Assembly: GCF_000143415.4 (NCBI RefSeq)
Contig: NW_003314306.1
Coordinates: 652,897 to 716,896 of the forward strand
Length of the DNA: 64,000 nt
Source: Selaginella moellendorffii
Taxonomy: Eukaryota > Plantae > Lycopodiophyta
Direction: 5' to 3'
Shown one piece after another: positions 12,550-24,984 of the stretch (within the stretch, counting starts at the first letter, position 1; each line of letters opens with the position of its first letter). Below the pieces are notes generated by a model that was not told the DNA's origin, did not search any database, and saw only the letters and a list, made by a program, of their open reading frames with translations. The position numbers were made by a program, and so were the translations under genes.

Positions 12550-13934
12550 TTAGCCCATAAGTTTTGAGTTGAGAGTGTCCACGGCTTGAAATGTGCCACC
12601 GCCTTCACTTTGCTGACAAGAAAAAGAGAGCAAACCATGTAAATGGTGTTCATTTGTACTTAGACTTACTGCGTAGAAATTCACTGCTAGGAAGTTTGCA
12701 TATCGATTTCCAGATGATTTCGCGCAAACGTCGAGCATTGCTCGAAGGGACTGGCCGTGATCTTTGCATTCCCTCGGTTCAAACGGAGTTGTGGGGAAAT
12801 AGTTCTCAACGAAAAGTGAAACTGAGCGAGAAGCTAAAGGTGGCGATTCATCACGATTTCTACAACTCCCATTTTTCATCCCATCGTCCCCATCTACACA
12901 AATCACAAGTTTAATTATGGCTCCACAGGAAAAGAGATGCTGCAAGCTTACATTGATTTTCAGACGTGTATCTCCATTGGTAAGCGATGCCTTCGGTGGC
13001 TTCTTTAGCCTGTGACGAGGTGAACACGAGCAATCTCTGGTTGCTTGCAATCATGTCCGCTAGAGTTGGCCAATTTCCACCCGACTTTGGCATCTTTGAG
13101 ACTGGGAACCAAAACTTGTCAAGCCCGGCCGCCTTGAAGACGTTGGTCACATCATTTTGGGTGCGAACATAATCTTCAATGAAGATGGTGATAACTTCTC
13201 TAGGATTTGCTGCTAGAAAAGCCTCAACCTCGCGCAGCGTCTCTACTGCCGGTTGCTAAAGGAAAGAAAGCAAGAAAAATGTAAAACAAAGGTCCAGAGG
13301 CAGCTTAGACTTACAAAAGCCGTGAAATCATAGCATATCCCTCCAAAAGAATGGCAGAGCCAAATATCATTTTTAAAGTCGTATAAATCCAGCATCAAAC
13401 CCCTCACTCCATTCTGCACAGTGGCAAAAAAAAAATAGCTTCAACATTTCAGAGGATATTGAGCGAACCTGCAGCTGACTCGTGACGGTATCATCCTGGT
13501 TAGTGGGAGCAAATCTGGGGACTGGAAATCTTTGCTTCTCAGTTGAGATTGCAAAAGAATTATGGGTGGTAAGCCATGCATACTTGTTGAATGGCAGATC
13601 TGTTCGAGCCTTTGAAAAAGTAAAAAGAAATGAAAGCGTTATGGAAGTTCTAGCTAGCCAGGAACGCGTAGAATACCAGCAGCGTTGCATTAGAGCGTAT
13701 GCAAATGGGTTCTATGATTCCCGCGGCTGGGCAGGAGCTACAGTGAAGACCAGTGGCACAGTCCTCGTTATTGAGGCATCTCTCTCCAATCTTGCAGGAA
13801 GGATAAAGATGGGAAAAGTTTGCATGAAAACGGATACATAGGATAGAACAATTTACCTTGCATGAGTGATTTGAGCATGCTTGGGCGCCAAGGAGGGAGA
13901 GGAGGAGGACCAATGGCAGCATTTCCTCAGCCAT
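12550..13934 (-). CDS. PI-PLC X domain-containing protein, secreted, multi-exon
   Basis: Signal peptide and Cys-rich N-terminus, LPFNKYAWLTTHNSFA, NQDDTVTSQL, NFLAVNFY. The 3' end is uncertain. Confidence 0.85.
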
Positions 13935-14241
13935 GAATTTGGTTCTAGGTTAACTCCCCCCGCGTAGAAAAATGCCGTCGTTAGACTACACGACAATCAT
14001 CTTGGACCAACAAACGAGGTTTTAATATGCTTTCTTAAATTTAATCTTAAAGAAAATATTCTTCGTATCTGCTATTTGTATTATAGATAATTATTGGCAT
14101 ATTTCATAGACTTTACTTTCATATTCAGCATTGAGTATCAAACTCATTAATTATCAGTTATACCTCATAGTTTAGTCCCAGTTTAGTCACAACTATTAGA
14201 AAGTTTATCCTGGGTGCCATAAGATTTATTATAAACAATAT

Positions 14242-14820
14242 ACAATATTTTTGGTTTGTTTAAGCAAGGACTTAGAATAAATTTTAATATTATATGATTT
14301 TACCATTTAACAGTTGTTATTTATTTAATAAAGCTTATATTTTTAATTTATAAATATGTTTAATTTATAAATGTTCCTAAATCCTTTCTATTTTATTTTA
14401 GAAACTAAGTGTAATATGATTAATATTATTTTTATAAATTATAAATATGTTTAAGAGTTAAATTTTTGGGCTATAGTTAATGTTCCTAGTTTCTTACTCA
14501 AAATAAATTGCTATGCATTGCATGTAGCAATGTTTGGTTTGCTTAATAGTAAATGTTATTTTTACTTATTAATCCAATTGATCAAATAAAGTTTATAATT
14601 ATAAGCATGTTGTAATTTATAAATACAAGGTTAATCTTATTGCATATCAACCATTAGATGATAGAATAAACATAATATACTAGAAAGGGTTTTAAAAAGA
14701 AATACAAGATTAATCTAAATGAATAACAACTGTTAGATGGTAGAACATCCTAGAATATTCAAGTATATTTTAGGTATATCCACTACCAACAAGTTTGCTT
14801 AAGCAAACCAAAAATGTTGT
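14242..14820. mobile_element. Decayed AT-rich foldback/MITE-like element
   Basis: acaatatttttggtttgtttaagcaa (14242-14267) is the near reverse complement of ttgcttaagcaaaccaaaaatgttgt (14795-14820). An inner pair, taccatttaacagttgttatt (~14301) and aataacaactgttagatggta (~14722), is also inverted. Confidence 0.55.
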
Positions 14821-15149
14821 TACATAGTTATTAATTATGAAGTATACTAAACTCATTCCTTAGAGAAAAATATGACTTATCTATAAATATGTGATAAATA
14901 CTCATCCACTCCAGCTTCATATCAACCTAAAAATTTATCTACTTATTAATTTTTATAAAAGCTGTATCTCTAAATAAATTAATTATAAGTATAAGTGTAG
15001 AAATGAATATAGAAATGTGCATACTTGATTACCTCAAAACCCTTAGCATATATGCAGCCCCTAGTTATTAAAATCTCACTATTGGAAGCTATTGAGACTA
15101 GACAGTAAATAAATATAACTCATTTTGCTTATAATAGATTTATGGTTGA

Positions 15150-18100
15150 AATAAAAAATGTTACCTTATAGGTAGTGAATATGGGAGTTTTCATCTTTTT
15201 GTGGCACATCTACAAGCATTACACAACTTAAGAGAATATTGTGCCTCACATTGCCATTGAGCCACCACCTTCAGTATCTCTTTCGAGGGAAATAACTAGG
15301 GATGTGGATGTAAAGGAAAATCCTGATGATATAGATTAAAGCAAAGAAAATTTTCCCCTTAAAAAGAAATTCTACTTAGATTTGAAAATTCAAGCTACAA
15401 GACCTCCAAAGTTTGTTCCGCAAAAATCTAGTAGCCAAGGATGCCATGGAAAAGCTGGATGCAGCAACTATAGTGATAAAACACCACACTTGGATTAGGA
15501 ATAGAGTCGTGACTTGTCTATATTTACAAAGACAACTCCAATGCTTATACAAATCTCTTCAAGTATTAGGGAAGTGATGAATACACAAATGGATAACACT
15601 AGGCAAATGATGGATGTCGAAGTTATGGAAAAAATTTCACAATTTAGGCTATAAAGTCCAACATATGATACGTTTACTAATGTTGCAAAACCTTTGGTTG
15701 TAGATACAGCCAATGAAGCAAGTTTAGGCCAAAAAATATCATGGCCAAAAAACTCAATAGGACAAAGAGGATGAGGCTAGTTTAGATGAATTAAAGGAGT
15801 ATGAGCTAAGACTTATTAAGTCCACCTATGCATCCAACAGTGATACACCATTGGCTAATCAGTCTAGCAAGATGAGGTAGCCACAACAGCAGCAGATGCT
15901 GCAACAGCACTACAAGGTCAAGGGTAGTTGCACCTTCACTCATAAGACCACGAGTTAGTTGAGCGAGCTAGTAGTATGAAACTTTATAAAAGAGCTTGCT
16001 CAACACATCAAAGGAGGAGGCAAGCAACCAGTTAACAAGCTAAAATAACCAATAGAAGATGAAGAAACAACAAAATATCGTATGCAAATCTTAAGTTACT
16101 TCAAGACAATCACTAAGAAAGTGGATGATTGAGTCTTGAATTTCCTTGCCTTGTGCTTCATGATCTTCGTTGTTGGTTGTTTCTTTGACAGCTTTTCTGC
16201 TTTTACATGTAGATGTTGCTTTAGCATTGTGTGTGGATGGTATTGTCTCAACTAATGCTCTTCATCTTTTTGTTGGTGGAGTCAATGTTGGTGATGACTC
16301 TTCTTCTTCATCTTCTTTTTAACTTGCTTCATTATCTTTATCTTCTTTGCCATCATCACAAAGGAGGATGAAATCTTCTCTCCTTTTTGAAGTGTATTCC
16401 CTTTTCCTTTATGTTCATGGTGTTTTTGTGTTTGTGGATTTGCTTAGTCTTTTGTTGCTGTCATATGTTGCTGTCTCTTGATTTGTAGTGGAATGGCGAT
16501 GTCAAGCTTTAGGATGAGTGCTGCAATGTAGGGAAGTGCGAGTGTTCACATTTGAGGCTGTCTTGGATCATTGTTATTGTGACGTGGAGTTCTTTGATGA
16601 GCTTGTCATGGATGGGTCTTCCATTGCAAGTTGTTGTAGAGAATTGCAATTGCTTTGCAGGTGGAAGTCATGGACTTCCACATCTCTAGTGTCAAGATTA
16701 AAAACTTGAGTTGTAGCTTGGCTTCATTGATCACATTGCTCATTTATAGAGAATTTCCATTGTTGTAGTTCTCAAGTACCTTGATACACTTCAGTGGAAT
16801 CCCCTTTGTGGGAATCGATGTCACTTGCTCTCCACCAGTGGGAATTTTGAATGCCTATGTGAAGTACTTAGTGCTCAAGATAAATTTGTAGTCGTTGGTG
16901 TGCATAAAGTCTTCATTGTATACTAAAAGAATCTTCTTAGTGATGCTAATGTCATATTACTTTTCCATGATTTTGGAGAATTTATAAAGCCTAACTTTGT
17001 GTAGCCAAGTGTTGAGCTCTTCAATCCTCTTTCAAGTAGGATTGTAAGGTGAGAGGAGACTCATCTTAATTGTGCTGACTGCCTTGGGATTAAAGATGAA
17101 CTTTTTGGTGATATTGTGTGCTTGTGTGCCCCGCTTTCCCATTTTAGTTTTCTTGATCTTAGTGTGCAATATTATAGTTGAAGGCACTAGGGTTAAGAAT
17201 TTCACCCTTTCACCAAACTTAACTACATGTCGAGTGGTTTAGGTTTAATTCTTTAGCTTGAATTTTCTCTTGTTTTCTTGTTGGACCTTGTTTTCTCTTG
17301 ATCTTGTATGTATTTATTGTTGAATCATAGTGGATTGTGATGATTATTGATTATAGTGGTATCTTTTCTTGATTTCTTGAAGTTAGAGTTTGAAAATTTT
17401 ATTTGAGTTGAGTTTTCGAGCTTAATTTTCGAGAGTTTTCTTGAAGTTGTCTTCTTGTGTTTGATTGTTGAAGTTTTTCTTTAAGTTGATTTCTTGAGTT
17501 TGGATCTTGAGCTTGATTTCTTAAGATTTCTTTAAACTGATTTGCCTTTTTATTGGAATTTTGAGTTTTATGTTGTAATTCCTTGAATTTTTGAGTGTCA
17601 TGTTCGTGATTTTATTCAATATTGGATTTTTGAGTCTCAAAGTTGTACTCTTCAGTTCTTCCTAGATCATTATTAATAAGATTAGTGTCAATCAATTGAT
17701 ATTTCTTGAGCTCGTTAAGGTTAATGTTTTAGAAATATTCATTGTCAAGTGTTATAATTACTACCATTTCTAGAGCTTTGACCTCACATCATCCCTTCCT
17801 CTCAGAAAGATGAAAGATAGTTAGGTTTTTTTGTTGATAGGTTGAGATTTGAAAGAACATTAAGAAAAAGCACTAATTTATATATAGTGCAACTAAGTTA
17901 TTAAATGTCGTGTTGACCCTTATAAACTTGTCTAACTTATCATAATACTTGATACAATCCTTTTCCTTGAGCAAAGAGCCCCTTAAACAAAACACATACT
18001 ATAAATTAAGAAAATAAACTAACACTAAATCATTTACTTTATACTCTATAAATAGACACTTTCTATTGTCTCACTCATATCAAGCCTAAGTATTTAATAA

Positions 18101-19800
18101 ACTTCATTTGAACCAATGGAAGAATACTTATTAAATATTGATTTTAAAACTTAGTATCATAAGTTATGGCAATTGCACTTAACTTGTATTGACCAACACA
18201 AAAAAAAACTAAGGATCTTTTGTTATAAACCAGATCTTGAAAAATAAACACTAAATAAACTGATGTTAAATAAACCCTTTGATAGTGTTTCCAAAAGAAT
18301 GATAAAGAAGGCCCTTTCACTACTTGTATAACTCCTCATTTTCTGGAAGAATCTCATAAAAACTTTTCACTAGCATCAATAACATATTGTTGATGCCAAG
18401 GCTTCCATTTAAAAAATAAAGGATGCTAATTAAGGAAATGCTAACAGTGTTAATAATATTTAGCTAACTTAGGAATAAATATCACAACAACAACCATATT
18501 CTTGCTTTTAAATACAGGCAACAATAGCATTAGCCTTTATTAGAACAAAAAAAATTCTTGTAGAAAATAGACTTGAAAAGTGATGTTTTATAGTATTGTG
18601 TCAGTTGAAGAATATTGTTAAAGATAGTTGGAGTAGGTGTATGTACAAATCTTATAAAATCTTGACAAAATGTTAATCATAACATATTCAACTTGATATG
18701 TTTTAACATATTTTGCTTGCATAAAGTAAAAGACTTTAAAAGTGAATATTAAATTGCATAAGTAACTTGAGTGGCCTCTAACAAAGACAATGCAATTGGT
18801 AAAATGCATTATCATAGTTGTCAACATGGCCAAATGCACACTTGAATATGTTCGGGAAAAAACTTTAATCTGTACAAATAATTGCATTCAAACTATTATA
18901 CCATTGCAATATTATTCCTTAAATATGTGGGAAACTTGCATAGACACTAAACATCATCCCAAGAATGATAGGTGGCAATGGTTATAAAGTGATCGAACCA
19001 ATAGTACACATTATCCTTAAGATTCCCATTTAAAGAAATCCAATCATATGTGCAACAAAAGTAGAAGGAATTACACAACATGTTATAAATACCACCATTA
19101 ACTGAGCTTGATTTGCATAACATCGAGAAATTGCATTAATCATTATTTTAGAGTTAAAGGAGGAGAAAAAGGTTGTTACAAAGGAGCAATATGCTATTTT
19201 TCTATAAAGATATAGCAAGAAGAAAATAAAAACAAAAGAGAAGAAATGAAAAGTTATAGAAATAAAGAAGATTTAGACAATACAAAAGTTAAATCTAAAT
19301 AAAAAGCACAAATCCAAACATTCTTTTGGGATAATAAAATTTGCCTCTCACTTCCATCAATATGAATGTATGTAATATATAAATGGAATATATAAATATA
19401 CATATTCAATTATATTAGTTTTTGGATTGAAATCAATCTAATAGTTCAAAATCCCAATAGTATATGGCATCCTAGCCATATATTTAGATCTCACATAATT
19501 TTAATGTTTTCTAGATATTATTATTTATTATTGGATAATATAAATATTTATTTATTTATAAATTAATTTAAACTCCCAAATTTGATATGTTTGAAGTAAG
19601 GATTTTAAATAAACTTTTAAAAAATTATAATATAAATAATATAAGTAAATATTAATTAATAACTTTTCCATCAGTTATTTTTTATGCCACCTAATGAATA
19701 TTTGTATTCATATTTATAGTAATCCAAAAAATGTATAGCTTCACTCACCTTTGTGATTTAATTTTATGGCAGGTTTTATTAAAATAATTATGGTTTTAAA
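15150..19800. mobile_element. Degenerate transposon-derived AT-rich region, class not assignable
   Basis: No intact ORF, CpG-poor, with coding-like relics interrupted by stops; contrasts with the GC-rich genic flanks. Confidence 0.4.
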
Positions 19801-20015
19801 CATTCAAATACATGTAAGAGAATATCCAAGCGCCGTTTAGGGTTTAGGGTTCTTCCTAAATGCAGGAGGCATAGCTCTGGCCTCTTCCACATGCCCTCTG
19901 CGCACCGCGCGAGCGATCGCAGGGGACATGTGGAGGATGCAAGATGTATGCCTGTTCCGCGAGCCTTCTATTGCACTTCTCAAGGTATTCTAGATACAGT
20001 GATCTTAGAAAAGCT

Positions 20016-21728
20016 CTACTTGTAGCTTGATTCAAGGGGAAAACTCCAGACCCTCTCCTCTTCACGGTTGCCAAAGTTGAGACGGCGAGCAGTCACCTCG
20101 ATCATGGACCTCCCAAAGAACATACTCACTAGCACCGCCCGCCCTCGTCCCAGCTCCACGCCACTCGACACATCGATCTCGAAGCTCTCCTCCAGTGTGC
20201 TGCCCACCTCGGTCACAAACCTGGGATGATCTTTGATCGAGGTGTAGAGCTCCAGCCTGACCTTCTCCTGCTTGCTCCCGACTGGAGAAATGATCCTCTC
20301 GACCTTGGAGTCTTGAGGAACCGGCTGGTTCTTCCGGACGAAAACCAGGAAATTATTCTCACAGCACAGGTGGCCATCTTCGTCCACGAGCATATACTGG
20401 AGAGGATCTCCGACCTCGAAAGGACGAATGGAGCTCATGCCGTAAGTCTTCCTAGAGATCCTCGACAGGACGAGGCGATCGTCAAAGCCCAGCATCACAG
20501 CTCCATTGCAGATGGCGCTTCCAGGATTTGGAGGCACGAAAACCTTCGCGACTCTCTCTTTGAACGCCTCCCTGACTCGCGTGACGAGGTAGGGGTTGTT
20601 CGCGAATCCACCGACGAGGAAGATGTATCTCACCTTGTCCGAGCTCCCGTCCAGCTGCTGCGAGATGAGATGGACGATCTTGTCGACCTCGGGATCAAAC
20701 ACGGCCTTGATATCGGCGGCGTTAACCTTGAGCTCATCGTACTCGCCATAGTCTCGTTCCACTCCAAGCTTTTCGTCGTGCTTCCTCCACGCTTTGGAGA
20801 GCTTGCCGGGGATGGTCCAGGTGCTGGCAAAGTCCGGCGAGCCATCGAAGGAGCACTTGACTTGGAACCACCATTTCGTGAGCTGCATTCGATTCTTGGC
20901 GAGCTTTACAAACTCCGGCAGGCATCCAATCTTCTCCGCGAGGAAGCTCATCATCTTCTCGTCCACGAACGTTGCGCCACCTATGGCACCCGAGCAAGCG
21001 CTAGTCTCGCGGACCTTGACACCGTTTTGGAACGCTCGGGTGTGGACGACCGTGTCGATGGTTCCACCACCGACGTCGGCAACCAGGAAAGTATCGTTTC
21101 TCTTGAACTTGAGCGAGTCTATGAGCTTTGTCTGGCAGTAGAAGGACGCGGCTTCCGGCTCGAGGATGATCTTGACGGGAAAGTCAGCGCTGCTGATCCC
21201 TGCTGCCTCGGCAAAGGTACGCATCTTTTCTTTGGCAGCGTCGTCCCACAGGGCCGGAACCGTGAGGCACCACTGGACTTCTTCCTCACGGAAGAAGCTC
21301 TTATAGAGTTCTTTGAGCTGGAGCTTGGCAAAGGAAGAGATGCAACGGAGATAATCGACTGTTACTTTCTCCACGCTGAGACCACGATGAAGAAGAAACC
21401 ATGGAGGAAGAGGAGGAGGAGAAGAAGAAGGTTGTGCCGGAGCTAGATGCAGCTTAAACTTGGTGACGAAGATGCTGCCCGAGTTGTGACGCTCGGCGTC
21501 GTGTCCCCAGTGCTGGAGCTCGAGAAATGGAGCGGACGAAGGCGATGGCGAGGAGGTTGAGTAGAGCAAGCTGGTTTGCGTCTTGCAATACGGCTTCGCC
21601 CCGACTTCTCTCTCGCTGGGCCATTCGTAGAAGGAGTGGATGTCGGATGGATTGGACCTGTGAGCAAAGGCGAATCCGGAGAAAGTAGTGCCGAAGTCGA
21701 GACCCACGACGTATTTTGGAGTGCTCAT
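20016..21728 (-). CDS. HSPA12-like atypical Hsp70 (intronless)
   Basis: VGLDFGTTFSG, WCLTVPALWDDAAK, ILEPEAAS, VADVGGGTID, LVGGFANNPYL and RISRKTYG motifs typical of HSPA12/fungal Hsp70-like proteins. ATG at 21728. Confidence 0.88.
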   Translation of the reverse strand: MSTPKYVVGLDFGTTFSGFAFAHRSNPSDIHSFYEWPSEREVGAKPYCKTQTSLLYSTSSPSPSSAPFLELQHWGHDAERHNSGSIFVTKFKLHLAPAQPSSSPPPLPPWFLLHRGLSVEKVTVDYLRCISSFAKLQLKELYKSFFREEEVQWCLTVPALWDDAAKEKMRTFAEAAGISSADFPVKIILEPEAASFYCQTKLIDSLKFKRNDTFLVADVGGGTIDTVVHTRAFQNGVKVRETSACSGAIGGATFVDEKMMSFLAEKIGCLPEFVKLAKNRMQLTKWWFQVKCSFDGSPDFASTWTIPGKLSKAWRKHDEKLGVERDYGEYDELKVNAADIKAVFDPEVDKIVHLISQQLDGSSDKVRYIFLVGGFANNPYLVTRVREAFKERVAKVFVPPNPGSAICNGAVMLGFDDRLVLSRISRKTYGMSSIRPFEVGDPLQYMLVDEDGHLCCENNFLVFVRKNQPVPQDSKVERIISPVGSKQEKVRLELYTSIKDHPRFVTEVGSTLEESFEIDVSSGVELGRGRAVLVSMFFGRSMIEVTARRLNFGNREEERVWSFPLESSYK

Positions 21729-22063
21729 CGCGATTGTAGGGAACTTTGGACGCAAGAGAAAAGGATAGCACTGCTTATAAGTTAGATCCTTCTTGCGAAC
21801 TTGCAGTCACACTCGGCTGGGAAACTTAACTTTTGTGTTGGCCAAAAACAAGATATGAATCGTATCAAATTTTGTTCGAGAGGATAAATAAAAACTTGGC
21901 AGCCGTTATCACCGATTAGTGAGGCACGTCGGCTGAGAAAGTTTAAGCTTAATGTGGGAAGATTAAATACACATGCTGTTGTTTTAGAACCAAAGATGAA
22001 GAACTTACGAACTCGTTTTGGAGGCAAAGCTGACGAGCTATGGTTTCATTGAGAGCCATTCTT

Positions 22064-24082
22064 TCACATTGGAGTGTATAAACGCGTGAGCTCTAGCCAG
22101 TTCCCTGCACTTTGTGGTGTTTGCTGCATGGGAAAACAGAATTTAGAAGGTATGACTGTAATGTTTGCTGTATAGATTAAAAAACCTGTAGTTTCTCTAC
22201 ATGGTGCTGAAAGATCCACACAGTGGGAGCAAGTGTGGCAGCGCAAAACCAGTGCTGGCACTGCACACAAAAGAATTGATAACCTTGCCTGATGGAAACT
22301 AATATATGCTTACTATCTTTTGATGAAGTTTGCTTGGATGCATGGCGCCATGGGTCCTGGGATCCGTTCAGAAACATAATTCTGGAACCTGCTCAACGTT
22401 TGATTGATCGAACCATTCGTACCAAGAAACACAAAGGTTTACCTGCGATGTTCCAACCACCATAGTACAAGTTGGTCGTTTTCACGTCTGGAAACGTTCC
22501 ATTTCCAAACTGCTCAGCACAATAGTTTATAAAAAATCTGGAAGCCTTTTCTTTAATCCAGTGTGAAAATTTACTAAACGTACTTACTGTGTGTTGATAC
22601 GAGAGGAACGAATGCTGCTCTTCCGGTCGGATGCAACTTGAAAATATCCCACTTCGGTACAATATTGAAAATCCCAGCTCTCGTTATCTCGTTCGTTACC
22701 ATTAGTATCGCTGTTAATTCTGTCCAAAATCTTTGCATATGTTTTCTGTAACAAAGCATTTCTACATATGTCTATTATGTGTATATATAAGTTTGCGTAC
22801 CAATAGGTTCCTGTTGCTTTTCTCTGCTTTGAGCAAAGGATCACATAGAGCATCTATTTTCCCATATTGTATCTGGAGTATAAACAACACATGATTATAT
22901 ATAAACGTTATACTGTATGATTCATACTTCGCCAGCTGCAGCATTTGCTACATAGGCAAGAAGGGTATCATCTGTAATCTGTAAAGAAGAAAACAAACAC
23001 ATGGAAATATGAACTGTCAAGATAATTGAGTTTCATTGGGTAAAGAAAATGATTACAGACTTACGTACATTATCCTTTGGAGAGAAACCAAATAGATATT
23101 TTATTTCCGTTGCATTTTCTACTAAACCGTGCTCGGTTAGCCTGGTAATTTCTTGTAGTGCCTGCTTGCATTTTGGTCCGACAGACACTCCCAGCTAGGC
23201 AAAGAATTTATAGATAAAAACAGGAATTCATCCCAGCAAAAAAAAAAAGTTTAGAAACTATGTAATTTATTCTTACCTGCTTATCGTAAGCACTGTAGTC
23301 TAGGATTGCCTCTACCACGGCTGAGCTTGCCCAGCTACCAGCAACAAGATGAGGAAATTTAAGCCTAAACCAAGCACTCAAAGCACCCGCATATGAACCT
23401 CCTATAACAATCCATGGATTTTTTTCAGTTTTGTTGTATTTCTGGTTGATCAAGTCCTGCCATTGAAAAGGGGAAATATATATTTTTCTTGACAAGAGAG
23501 GTACTTGCCTGATAGTAGTCTATAAACACAGCATGATCAAAGAGAGATTGTTTTGATGTTAGATACTTCAGGTTGTGGAGATTCAAATGCTGGAACGGTG
23601 AGCTGTGGCCATAGTAGCGATGCTCGACTGTAACAATTGCAGCTCCAAAAGATTCAGCCAGAGTCTGAAACGTAAGTAGTAATTATTTAGGATAATCATA
23701 GAAAGAAATATAACTCACCCCTACGTAAGTGGTAACGTAATCTCCTGTGCAAGTTGACTCCCCACACATCACTAGAAATATTGGCCCATTGTGAGGACGA
23801 AAGAAATCGAGAAGCTCTAAATACTTCTGAGAAAATACTCGTGGATCCTGAAACAGGAGAGGAAAATCAGAGAAAAGATGCGAACTATGGCCACACCTCT
23901 GGAGCGAAATGGTCAAGCTTCTGCCTGGTAAAGAAATTTACAGTCTCCTTGCCTCTTGGAGGTGACCGCGAGCCCTCTGGTAGAAATTCCGGCTTGAAAC
24001 CAAGCCGTGACGAGGGCACAAAGGCGCTGCTAAAGCTTGTGGAAGTTGCAAGTAGAACGAAACACACAAGCAACATTCTCAT
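22064..24082 (-). CDS. Serine carboxypeptidase S28 family (EDA2/PRCP-like), multi-exon
   Basis: Signal peptide, [47 protein letters not shown]. Confidence 0.88.
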
Positions 24083-24984
24083 CTTCTCTTCTCTAGCTGG
24101 AAGATATCAAGAACAAGTTTGCCTCAAGAACAGACAATGGCGGCCTCGCTGTAAGAACTGACTTTGCCTTGAGCTTTTAAGCATACTATAGCGGACCACA
24201 GAGACCGTCATGACTTTGACATTCTCTGGTCCTGGAAATCCACTAGAGGTGCTGGGCCTCCAACATGCATAAAAAGAGACAGCACAAGTTCCCGGTCGAA
24301 AGCTCACTTCCAGAACAAAGTCCCAGTCAAAAGTCCACTTCCATACAATAATACATGTTTTTCAGGTCTGTGAGCATCCATAAGACCACTGGGTACTGGG
24401 TCCATATGGTTCCCTCAATGAAAAAGAAGAATGGAAGATATTTACCAAGAAAAACATTCACTGTTTTGTTGTCAGCTTCAGCACCACCACTCGTGACCAC
24501 TCAGTACAATTGCTTGAAATTCAGAGTGTCAAACAAAAAGGACAAAGTTCCTTATGGATTCAAAGTGGTCCCATGACTGTCTCCATCGCTAGTGGCATCA
24601 CAATAGTTTTCCAAATAAAATTAGGTTATTCGTGGTCATGTAAGGCAAAGGCTGTTAACCTCCCCAATTATTACTCCTGAATAAACTAAAAGGAAGAAAA
24701 CAATGAGTAGGAGCTTTCACTGTTGTTGCCAGGTTGAGCTCCACCACTCTGCACAACTGCTGAAATTCAGTGTCAAACAGAAAGAACAGTGCAGTACTTT
24801 TTCCAATTCGCATTACAGAAACGTGGTCGGCCTACGTAAATCAGGATACATTTTGTTCATTAGATAACAAACGTACATAACTTTTCTTGTTATTGGAGTT
24901 CCGACCTCTTTTGAAGTACCACAAGTCACAATTTAGTCATAATCAACAACTCGTTATGCAGAACATATTTATAAAATATTATTA

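Noticed and set aside
19836-19851. Telomere or telomeric junction (TTTAGGG x2)
   Set aside because: Only two units; such telo-box motifs are scattered through the window.
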